This document shows positions 1-9,289 of a stretch of DNA of 12,031 nt, piece after piece. The stretch spans positions 1 to 12,031 of the forward strand of contig NW_021826777.1 in the NCBI RefSeq assembly GCF_006345805.1. Reading direction: 5' to 3'. Numbering within the stretch: the stretch's first letter is position 1; each line of letters starts with the position of its first letter. The position numbers and the translations under genes are program-made. A model generated the notes under the pieces. The model was not told the DNA's origin, made no database searches, and worked only from the letters and a program-made list of their open reading frames with translations. This DNA comes from Octopus sinensis (lineage: Eukaryota).

Positions 1-52
1 AGGGTGATCATAAAACTTAATGATGTTGACAGTTGTATTGATGTTTCATTAC

Positions 53-81
53 ACACACACAACGCTCTCTCCTTCTCAAAC

Positions 82-128
<47 letters not shown>

Positions 129-490
129 TATGGCCCATAGATATCTACATAAATGTGCATTTGCGTATTCATAAGTGTATATTATATTATATACATACAT
201 ACATACATACATACACCACACACACCACACATACATATATATATATATAATATATATATATATTAATATATAACTATACATCAGATGTATGTTTGGGTAT
301 ACATATTTTATATATGTGTATGTATATATATATATATATAATATATATATATATAGATATATACTATATATCATACATATATATATTATTTGGTATATGT
401 ATATATATATATAGATATATATATATATATATCTATATTTGGTATATATATATATATTTGTATATATATATATTTGTATCTATATATATG

Positions 491-522
<32 letters not shown>

Positions 523-572
523 TAATATTATATATATATACATATATATATATATACATGTAATATATATAT
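53..572. repeat. Compound (CA)n/(TA)n/(TACA)n microsatellite block
   Basis: Near-continuous alternating purine-pyrimidine repeats; source of the YI/YIH-repeat ORFs. Confidence 0.95.
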
Positions 573-719
573 ATAAAATTAATCCCCACCAAAAAATGAA
601 GAAAAATCACAAGAAAAAACAACAACGCGAGGATGTGGTACATGCAAAGTATTAGCAGACGCTGAGAGAAGGAAAGTCCAAGAGAAAAGGAAGACGGAGG
701 GAAAAAAATCGCCAACGAT

Positions 720-1025
720 GTGTGTATATATACATACATACATGCATATATATATATATACATATATATATCAATTATAATCAAGGATAAAATCTATACA
801 GGATTTTAGCACGAACACACACACACATATATGGATGCTTTTTATTATTTATATTATATATATATACTCATGCATATATGCGTATGTATATACTTGTATA
901 CACACATATATTCATATGCATGCATTTGCATATATATATATTCACATATCTGTATGGATATATATATATTGGCAATATGGACACTCACATGCATGAAAAC
1001 CACACACACACACACACACACATAT
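720..1025. repeat. Degenerate (TA)n/(CA)n microsatellite
   Basis: TA and CA runs read directly. Confidence 0.85.
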
Positions 1026-1149
1026 ATTTAGTTTCCTAAATATGCATTGATATGGACGCTCACATATATCTATACTCCTATTTGTGTGCGTGTGTGCATC
1101 CTAACATATTCTTAATATTTAGGAATATACGATTGAATGTAGGCAGAAG

Positions 1150-1176
<27 letters not shown>
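1150..1176. repeat. (GA)n microsatellite
   Basis: Perfect GA run. Confidence 0.95.
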
Positions 1177-1181
<5 letters not shown>

Positions 1182-1399
1182 GGAAAAATAGATTATGTTT
1201 CCTCAGCCTTTCCATGTAAATCTAATGTTGTATGTTATTTATATTAACAATATGAGGGAAAGTCGTGTATTTTTTTTAGTTTCCAAGAAATGTTATGTCA
1301 GATTTAAATAAATTACATTTTCTCATTACTTAGCTTAAGAATTACAGACGTACGTGACAGCTACGTATGCCTGCCTGTTTTATGACATAAGTATTATAT

Positions 1400-1960
1400 A
1401 CTATATATACATTACATAAATTTAAATATATATATATACAGATAATATGCAAACAAATATATATAAATATACACGTATATACAAACCCATATATATAGGT
1501 TATATATATACACACACACATGTATATATGCATATATATATATATATATATATATACAAATATACACACATATATATGTACATATATATATACACTCACA
1601 CATATATATATGTACATATATATACACATATATATACACATGTATAAACATATATATATATATATATACATATATATATACATATATATGCATATACATA
1701 TATATTCATATATATACATACATATATATATATATATATTAACACACATATATACACACATATTTATACATAGATATATATACACATATATACACACACA
1801 TATATATATATACACATATATATATATTATACATATATATATACACATACACACACACACACACACATATATACATATGCATTTTTATGTATGTATCTAT
1901 GCTAACACATACAGAAGCACTCACACGTATGTGTAATATATATAACATATATATATATAT

Positions 1961-2000
<40 letters not shown>

Positions 2001-2045
2001 TACATTATATATATATATAGGCATATATACATATTATATATATTT
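1400..2045. repeat. Large compound (TA)n/(CA)n microsatellite block
   Basis: About 640 bp of TA/CA alternation. Confidence 0.95.
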
Positions 2046-2564
2046 TATACACCGATATAGATACAAGCATTGGTTGTGCGTGTGTATCATTAAATATATG
2101 ACAGTGTTCAAGTTTTATCGATTTTATTTTAAATTTCTCTATTTTCATATTGGTTTGTTTTTTCTCCCCATGTAGTTTCAAACAACAATGTTTCTCAATT
2201 CATAATCGACTTTTCCAGAACTTCACACTCCGAATTTCAAGTATAATATCTTTTTCTGCTACCGGCGTTTGTCATGCGTTGATTGAAATTAAGAAATTCT
2301 CCTTATTTATAAGTGCAGCATGAGCTTCCAGAGGAAAGAAAAGAAATGAAAATTACAAGAGAAACAAAACGGAAGATTTCGAAAGACCTCGTCGAATACA
2401 GCTATCCGCCATTTTTGTGAACAAATTATTTTAATGAATATTAATGTTTGTTTTCATGCCGAGTTATATTTAAAAACGATTTAAGATTAATCTGAAGGAT
2501 TAGTCAATACTTTTTAATATAGTATAGGTGTATTAAACTTTTATAATGAAAAGTCGTAAATTGT

Positions 2565-2623
2565 CTTCGAAATTTTGCCTTGTTTGCGATTCTGAAGAAT
2601 TCGAGCAAGCCAAAACTTCGAAG
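2565..2623 (+). other. 59-nt imperfect hairpin
   Basis: cttcgaaattttgccttgtttgcgattc-tgaa-gaattcgagcaagccaaaacttcgaag; hand pairing gives ~25 pairs including 3 G-U, 2 mismatches and 1 bulge. Confidence 0.75.
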
Positions 2624-2639
2624 CCTGTGTCAATGCATA

Positions 2640-2839
2640 TATTCTTTAATTCTTTTACTTTTTTCAGTCATTTTTACTGCAGCCATGCTGGAGCACCGCC
2701 TTTAGTCGAGCAAAGCGACCTCAGGACTTATTCTTTGTAAGACTAGTAGTTATTCTATCGGTGTCATTTACCGAACCGCTTTGTTACAGGGATGTAAACA
2801 CACCAGTAGCAGCAGTTATCAAGCGATGTTGGAGACACG

Positions 2840-2893
<54 letters not shown>

Positions 2894-3064
2894 TATATAC
2901 GACAGGCTAATTTCAGTTTCTGTCTACCAAATCTACTCACAAGACTTTAATCGGCCCGAGGCTATAGTAGAAGACACTTGCCCAAGGTGCCACGCAGTGG
3001 GACTGAACCTGAAACCTTGTGGCTGTTTAGGAAGCTACTTACCATAAAGCTACTCCTGCGCCTA
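2640..3064 (-). mobile_element. Near full-length tRNA-derived SINE (octopus-type) with internal (CA)n
   Basis: Minus-strand head taggcgcaggagTAGCTTTATGG...GGTTCAGTCCC (A-box-like 3052-3042, B-box-like 3009-2999). Body ...gcaccttgggcaagtgtcttctactatagcc...; 3' end ...cagcatggctgcagtaaaaatgactgaaaa. Resembles a recalled abundant Octopus SINE; family name not assigned. Confidence 0.85.
2835..2889. repeat. (CA)n tract inside SINE
   Basis: Perfect CA run. Confidence 0.95.
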
Positions 3065-3103
3065 TGTTTCTTTTCTTCTTTCGTGGTGGTGGTAGGGGGA
3101 AGA

Positions 3104-3277
3104 AAGTTGGTGTGTGTAAATCTCCATAACCTAGACGTTTGGCAAAAGACACTAACAGAATAAGCACCAGACTTAACAAAATCAAAGTACTGGGATCAAT
3201 TTGTTCGACTGAAATTCCCCCAAGGCAGTGCCCCAGCATGGTCGCAGTCTAATGACTGAAACAAGTAAATGATAAGC
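3104..3277 (+). mobile_element. 5'-truncated SINE, 3' half, related to the 2640-3064 copy
   Basis: Aligns by eye with the reverse complement of ~2655-2812, e.g. aaggcagtgccccagcatggtcgcagtctaatgactgaaa vs aaggcggtgctccagcatggctgcagtaaaaatgactgaaa. Confidence 0.85.
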
Positions 3278-3850
3278 AAATTTATCTATATATTTAGGAA
3301 AGAAACTATAGTTTTGTTTGTTAATTATATTACGAAGTGTCCTATTTTGTTATCCGTAGGGCATGTCAGCTAAACTATATTTCATTACTAATATCTCCAT
3401 GGAAACGCTGTGAGGTGGTGCTTTAAGCATGTTAATAGATAAGTTTTTGAATCGGAATTTTTCCCGAAGAAAACTGAATAATTTTTTTTAGCGTATGATT
3501 TAGTGCATACATGCAGTCATACAAAGATGGTGGCACATATTCACTGAGAGAGCAATAAGAACAGATATGTTCACAAAATTTATAGTTGATAAAAAATGTG
3601 TAGAGAGAATTAAAAAATAGCATTAATAAATTGCAGAAGACAAGATATAAACGATAGATTACAGCATATTACGGACAAAATATATAGAATCTATATTTTA
3701 AGGGTGAGCCGTGAATATTTACACGAGTCACCAACGTTCAACAGATAAGCTTTCATTTGGAATGACTGGGAAAATAATGGGATCACTTGAACATATTAAA
3801 GTAGTTTGAAAGAAAACGAGGTATCATTTGGTATGTGCCATGTTTTAACG

Positions 3851-3960
3851 TGTATAAGGAACCCCCTAAAATTTTGGGCTTAAAATTTGGAAAAAAAGGT
3901 TTTGTAAGGGATTATATTACTATCCATGTATAAGAAACTCCCAGATTTTTAACCTAATTT
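3851..3960. repeat. Imperfect direct repeat, possible DNA-transposon (MITE) subterminal remnant
   Basis: tgtataaggaaccccctaaaatttt at 3851 vs tgtataagaaactcccagattttt at 3927. The duplicated GTATAAG motif recalls pogo/Tigger-type non-autonomous elements; no terminal inverted repeat (TIR) pair found. Confidence 0.35.
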
Positions 3961-4004
3961 TTGTCGGTAATTCATCGTTACGCAGTTTGTAGATTAAGTG
4001 GGGT

Positions 4005-4052
4005 GTCCAACTCATGGCAGCAATAAAAATGGACAATAAATGATGATGACGA
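4005..4052 (+). mobile_element. Short retroposon 3' tail (RTE-like) ending in (GAT)n
   Basis: gtccaactcatggcagcaataaaaatggacaataaatgatgatgacgacg resembles a recalled Octopus RTE-type 3' terminus; short and diverged. Confidence 0.4.
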
Positions 4053-4197
4053 CGGGTTCTGCTGTAAATGCTAAAATCTGATGTATGGAAATAAGAAGTG
4101 ATTAAGGTAAGACTAGAGTAATTCACCAGAAAGTACTAGTTTATCAATGCGGCTACGTCTATGTGAGAAAGTATTTTAAATCTTTTGTATCTTTAAC

Positions 4198-4358
4198 CAC
4201 TCGGCTGGCAAAAATCACCTGTATTTCAAAGGGCCAGCCTTGTCACATTCTGTGTCACACTGAAGCTCCTTGAGAACACTAGCACGCTAATTTAAACAAA
4301 CAGTCTGTTCAGTTGATCGTATCAACTGGAATTCTCGTCGTCGTAACCGATGGAATGC
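4198..4358 (+). mobile_element. SINE 3' fragment (core plus tail)
   Basis: Starts cactcggctggcaaaaatca, matching the core of the 6062-6324 SINE (cactcagctggcaaaaatga), then continues in a different tail ending ...tcgtcgtcgtaaccgatggaatgcc. Confidence 0.7.
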
Positions 4359-4379
4359 CTGTTAGGTTGGCAATTGAAG

Positions 4380-4720
4380 TTTCTTTTTGAGTTGGTTGAG
4401 TAATATTTAAACGCAGAAAATATTTCAAATCTCTCTATCGTGCATATGTTGCATGTTTTTCTCCGGTTTATAATTTTGCGTTGAAAAGTCGGCCAATTTA
4501 AATTATAATTTCTTTATTTCTCCAAACTGTAAATACAACTGGAGAACAAAATGTTTATACTTCTGTGTTTGGTTTTAATATGGAAGCATGAATTGTTTTG
4601 AATGGGTAATGAACGGGTTCAATGTATCTGATAGAAGAATTATTTCTATGTATGGTGCATTTGTATGCTACATCTTTAACTAAACAGTTGGCTTTACAGG
4701 CAAATACTAGGTTTTCTGTG
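4380..4720 (-). pseudogene. PLE GIY-YIG endonuclease, degenerate
   Basis: NCLVKDVAY (VAY 4671-4663), 12 aa, YIE (4626-4618; GAA is one change from Gly GGA), PFKT; after frameshifts KTCNICTIERFEI. Overlaps ORF-track 4555..4803. Confidence 0.8.
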
Positions 4721-5079
4721 GTAGGAATTAGTTGTTGCTTTTTTCTTTTGTTAGTTGCGATGTAATAATTTAGGTAGGCTAAATGAGTTAAAAGCCTGCC
4801 CAAAGAGGAAACGATAAACTAAGATATTGTAATCGTGTTTTTAAATCTTCCTGAGTAAGTAAATGAATGCTGTCCGTTACTGGAATGGCGGCAGATACAT
4901 TAAAAGGGAGTTGATAACAGGTATTTCGTTTTTCTGTTTTTGTAGGTTGCATTTTATTGGTGTCTTCGCTTTTTTAAAGGTCGTCATCGTAGCTTTTTAT
5001 ATGTTTGTGAAAGAATTTCTTGTTGGCATACAGTTACTAACAGTCAAAATGGGATGTTTTAATTAACGTAAACTGTATG

Positions 5080-5800
5080 ACTAAATAGTTTCTTTTATTT
5101 TAAAGTTTCATCTGACTTTCGGTAAGGATAGCATGAATCGTTATTCAAATTTAAAGTGTTATTCACGGAGTTAGTAGTGGTACGCTAAGCGTTTGTAATT
5201 ATTTGTAATTAATCATTTTTAAAAAAAAGATACAAATCTTTTATGAGTCTCTCCGTTTTTTTGAGGTTGGCAATATTATACAGAAGGAGACCATCATCTC
5301 TATAGAGGCCTCCATTACAATAAAGCAACTTGTTTGATAAGTTCGATTAATATTCCTATGAGATCACTCATTTCAGCAAAATCATTCACCCATACTGACA
5401 TCAAAGGCAGAATCAGAAAAAAAGTTTTAATCTCAACGTATTGGTCATAACTGAGTATAGTATATTTTACGTGTAATATAATTGCTATTTCATCGACATT
5501 AATATTTGAAATTGATACAGCAAAACTATTTCTGACTAATAATTTAGAGATCAATGGGTAATAGTCCGCCATGTCGAATTGTAGAAATTTGGTTAGGTTT
5601 GTTGGGAATAGACCTAAACCATGCAATAAAGGTTATTGTGTTATTCCATATGGGTATTGTTGTTTCTTTAATTTTAGGCTATGAATCGTCTAATATATGC
5701 TTACTGCTGGCACGCTTATCAGTTTTAGTGAGATCTATCAGATGTATAGTGAGTTTATGTTCGAAGTTTGGTTTGTGCTCCTTAAGTGTAAAGTTTGATA
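5080..5800 (-). pseudogene. PLE-type reverse transcriptase, frameshifted, with internal stops
   Basis: Catalytic YRDD at 5304-5293 and first catalytic Asp in QFD at 5575-5573; ORF-track entry 5315..5626 is one frame segment. Confidence 0.9.
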
Positions 5801-6061
5801 CAGAAATGATACAGGTTCTGTTCCGTCGCCTATATCTAGCTCTGACATAGCCTTCTGATCACATTTAAGTGTTCAGTTTGATCTCTTATATGTATTTTTG
5901 ATGGGATTAATACGAATTAGTGGTGAATATTTTGCTCAACTTCAAATATATATATATATTGTTTTTTGCTAAGTGCAATTGACTAAGTTCCTGAACAATT
6001 TTTGTTTTTATTTTACATTGCTTGAACTGTAGTTTTCTCTACAAGGCATTATTAAATAAAA

Positions 6062-6324
6062 AAATAAATAATAAATGCACCCTTTTAAAGCCTAGCCAGG
6101 CTCATGGACCTGGTTTGCCGGTTTCAATGGCGTATGTGTTCCCCAGCTGGACAGGATGGCAGTCCATCGCAGCGTTACTCATTTTTGCCAGCTGAGTGAA
6201 CTGGAGCAACGTGAAATGAAGTGTTTTGCTCAAGAACACAACGCGTCGCCCAGTCCAGGAATCGAAACCACAATCTTACGATCATGATGCTGACACCCTA
6301 ACCACTAAGCCACGTGCCTCCACA
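6062..6324 (-). mobile_element. Full-length tRNA-derived SINE nested in the PLE ORF
   Basis: Head tgtggaggcacgTGGCTTAGTGG (A box 6312-6302), 32-nt spacer, GGTTTCGATTCC (B box 6269-6258); core ttgctccagttcactcagctggcaaaaatg; T-rich (TTA-like) tail near 6060-6076. Confidence 0.88.
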
Positions 6325-6619
6325 AAAGACATATATTTTCCGAAATCTGATATTCTTAATTAATGCCCTCAAATATTTGGCGAAAACAAGAGTTGCTCTA
6401 TATTTCAAATTCTAAAGTAGGTCAGTAATTAATAATTAAATAAAAATGTAATATAAAAAAAGAAAAGAAAATTGATAAAAATGAACATAAATACATAAAT
6501 ATAGAAAAATACATGAACTGTGTGTCTGTATGAACGGGTGCGGGTTCATTTGGATTGATGTTTATGCTCTTCCATTAAACTCAAACCAACATTACCTTAT
6601 CTACGTTCCATATTTTTAT

Positions 6620-7142
6620 TAAACATACATGTGTACAACATACATGTATCTATATACATACATACATACATACATACACACACACACATATGTATATACA
6701 TTCATATATCTATATACATATATAGATAAATATAGATATATCTATTTACATATACATATATATATACATATATGCATACAAACATATATATATATATACA
6801 TACATACATATATCTATATATACACACATACTTATACATACATAGACACACACACACACACACATATATATATAATATATACATATACATACATATATCT
6901 ATTTACATATACATACATATATATATATATATATATTTACATATAAATATATATATATATCTATATATATATATACATATGCTTACATACATACATATAT
7001 ACACATACTTACATATACATACATACATACATACATACATACATACATACATACATACATACATACATGCATACATACATATACACATATATACATATGC
7101 ATACATATACACACATACTCACACACATACACACACATATAT
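6620..7142. repeat. Compound (TACA)n/(TA)n/(CA)n block
   Basis: Simple repeats, including a long ACAT run at ~7017-7066. Confidence 0.95.
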
Positions 7143-7345
7143 GCCAAACCAATAAAACACTAGCATTATTAATTTACATTGGGAAAGCGCCAATGCAACT
7201 TATCTATTAGCGCATTTCAAGGGGCATCTCATATCGGTACCATATGTAGATATTAGCAATAAATAACAATTTAAACGACATACCAACCAATCACAGAACA
7301 GGAGCAAGCGCCTTAAAATCACTTACAAACGGAATTACTGTTTAT

Positions 7346-7415
7346 ATTTTGGGGTGGGAACCCGGATAAATTTATATCTCTTAGATATAATTTAATCCGG
7401 GTTCCACCTCAAAAT
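7346..7415. other. 70-bp inverted repeat / hairpin
   Basis: attttggggtgggaacccggataaatttatatct-ctt-agatataatttaatccgggttccacctcaaaat; 34/33-nt arms, 3 substitutions, 1 indel. Confidence 0.85.
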
Positions 7416-7630
7416 GGCCTACCCCATACTCTACGAATATTTGAAGCCCTCCCATTTCTTTCCTCTACTGGCTTTTATTGTCCTTTTTCTTTGGCTGTCT
7501 TCTTCGTACATCAGGGTTTATTTATTCAAAAGTAAAATTCTTTCAACTTTTATCAACTCTTAACAAGTTTTGATAGGAAAGAAAAATATTGTACGTTTGA
7601 CACATTCAATTACGGACAAATGAATTATAT

Positions 7631-7699
7631 CTCTCTCTCTATCTATCTATCTATCTAATGATGATGATGATGATGATGATGATGATAATAATAATAATA

Positions 7700-7731
<32 letters not shown>
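7631..7731. repeat. (CT)n(ATCT)n(GAT)n(AAT)n(GAT)n compound microsatellite
   Basis: Read directly; source of the poly-Met/Ile and poly-Ser ORFs. Confidence 0.95.
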
Positions 7732-7732
<1 letters not shown>

Positions 7733-7759
7733 CAGTGCGACCATGGGATAGAGAATAGG

Positions 7760-8036
7760 AAACCAGATGGTTTGTGTGTACGTATGTATTGTGTAACATT
7801 ATCCGTTTTTTCCGTCTTTGTTTTTGTATACATTCGATGCTTTCTTCCAAGGAATCTAATGCCTTTAGCTTAGTTTTTCCTTGGGGCTGGCCAGATTGAA
7901 GCAATCTCAAGAATAATCAGCCGAAATTGCGAGGATAATCCGGTTCATGACTGAAGATAGAAAACTTCGAGAGACCCGTCCTTGTTTTTTTGTATCGTCT
8001 ATCTGGATGTTTTGTTGTCCCTTTTGTATCACCTAG
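7760..8036. mobile_element. Probable interspersed repeat of unknown class
   Basis: Non-coding block ending at a (TA)n run; holds an 8-bp IR (ccaaggaa 7847 / ttccttgg 7884) and CTGAAGA at 7951-7957. Resemblance to an Octopus repeat is from recall only. Confidence 0.35.
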
Positions 8037-8212
8037 ATATATATATATATATCGGCGGACGTACACTTTGCTCTCTTATATATATATATATATATATATA
8101 TACAATAATGAGGGTGAATAAAATTATAGATATTAATTCAATAATACCCTTATTTTAACACCAAGCGACCTAGCACAAAAAAACCGGGGATGCAAATTCA
8201 TATTTATCCGTA

Positions 8213-8334
8213 AATATTAGAGAGCCAACTTTGAATATGTTAACTCTAGTGGTAGAAATAGATCCGACCGGTAAAAGTCGCCGGTAAAACTCTAGCACTA
8301 GAGTTAACATATTCAAAGTTGGCTCTCTAATATT
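8213..8334. mobile_element. MITE-like element with perfect 39-bp inverted repeats
   Basis: aatattagagagccaactttgaatatgttaactctagtg (8213-8251) is the exact reverse complement of 8296-8334; the 44-bp interior holds ccggtaaaa twice. Confidence 0.8.
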
Positions 8335-8335
8335 A

Positions 8336-8337
8336 CG

Positions 8338-8386
<49 letters not shown>

Positions 8387-8387
8387 C
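8336..8387. repeat. (TA)n
   Basis: TA run; others at 8038-8051, 8078-8102 and 8587-8606. Confidence 0.95.
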
Positions 8388-8389
8388 TA

Positions 8390-8586
8390 AATTCGCCATG
8401 ATAGATCGCTAGCCACTACACATTCTTTATTTTATCTCTTTGTTTCTTTCTGTGTTCCTTTCTACGAAGATCGTAGGCTCGAAACGTTAAAGACTTTTTC
8501 ACTTCCCGCGCGTTATACTAATGCATCTATTTGTTGTCTAAACCACCTGTCTGCGTCTTTCGTTTTTTTTTTTGTGAATTCTCCGT
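8390..8586 (+). mobile_element. TA-bounded repeat resembling a PLE pseudo-LTR, with degenerate hammerhead-like motif
   Basis: cttt-ctacga-a-gatc-gtag-gctc-GAAA-cgt-t-aaag at 8458-8492; T-rich flanks; (TA)n on both sides. Confidence 0.55.
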
Positions 8587-8983
8587 ATATATATATATAT
8601 ATATAATTTAACTCGATGAAATTCAAGTACGGAGAAGCACCGACCGTAAAAGACGTGGTATGCGCAAGATTCAAATATTATCTAAATGAAGAACTAGCAA
8701 GTTTCTGCAGATCTGCATCAAGATGGTGAGCGAAAACAATGGGAAACTGATGTGCGACTGTCAGAATTAAGTCAGAACTATTTCCCATAGTCTACATTTT
8801 AGAGATAGTTTGGAATTTTGGAAGCATGTGCAACTGATTAGCAGCACACATGTAGCAATGCATCAGCAGTTGCAATAATAACAAATTTTATATTTTCATT
8901 TTGGAGCTGGTTGTTTAGGTGGGAGATGAAGAGTAGCAGATGGGAAGGAAGCACGCATGAGGCGGGTTGTTACAGAGGTATAC

Positions 8984-9051
8984 GTGTGTGCATGTATGTA
9001 TGCATATAGATATTTACATAATATATATATAGATATATATATGTATATGTT

Positions 9052-9092
<41 letters not shown>

Positions 9093-9103
9093 ACATGTAC
9101 ATA

Positions 9104-9177
<74 letters not shown>

Positions 9178-9284
9178 TGTATATATATATATATATATGC
9201 ATGTATATGTATATATATATATATATATATGCATGTATATAAATATATATATATATGTATATATATACATATATGTATGTATAT
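8984..9284. repeat. Long (TA)n-dominated block
   Basis: Includes perfect TA runs of roughly 30-60 bp. Confidence 0.95.
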
Positions 9285-9289
9285 CGATA

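Larger units (their letters stand above)
4360..6420 (-). mobile_element. Decayed Penelope-like retroelement (RT + GIY-YIG), interrupted by a SINE at 6062-6324
   Basis: Minus-strand translation with stops and frameshifts gives colinear PLE motifs: LIKNIRFRK (6363-6337), LKEHKPNF (5786-5763), WFRSIPNK, QFDMADYYP (FD..YP 5578-5555), FDVSMG (5405-5388)/AEMSDLIG, GLYRDDG (5310-5290), TLNLNNDSCYPYRK, then the GIY-YIG region and CNIC (4453-4442). Boundaries approximate. Confidence 0.9.

Noticed and set aside
975-1125. 16-mer direct repeat (975, 1050) and 11-bp inverted repeat (1033, 1115)
   Set aside because: AT-rich, within low-complexity DNA; consistent with local slippage or chance.
20-2032. ORF-track proteins rich in YI/YIH/CV repeats (also 6629-7155, 8896-9378, 9652-9849, 11500-11901)
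   Set aside because: Translations of TA/CA/TACA/GATA microsatellites, open in several overlapping frames; not genes.
2406-2417. CCGCCATTTT YY1-like motif
   Set aside because: Single short motif with no promoter context.
2781-3239. ORFs 2781..3047, 2978..3163 and 3039..3239
   Set aside because: Lie within SINE copies.
4863-5850. Plus-strand ORFs 4863..5066 and 5554..5850
   Set aside because: Antisense shadows of the minus-strand PLE coding sequence; no recognisable product.
6258-6324. tRNA genes at the A/B-box heads (also 2999-3064, 9290-9340)
   Set aside because: No cloverleaf closure, and each head runs into a SINE body.
4360-6420. Selenocysteine read-through, as described for some Naiad PLEs
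   Set aside because: The identifiable Cys positions are TGC/TGT, stops include TAA and TAG alongside frameshifts, and no SECIS was recognised; ordinary decay explains the stops.
7647-7910. Poly-Met/Ile and poly-Ser ORFs
   Set aside because: Products of the (GAT)n(AAT)n repeat.
8617-8730. 37-aa ORF MKFKYGEAP... with ATG|GTGAGC donor-like site
   Set aside because: No acceptor, no recognisable homology, too short to support.
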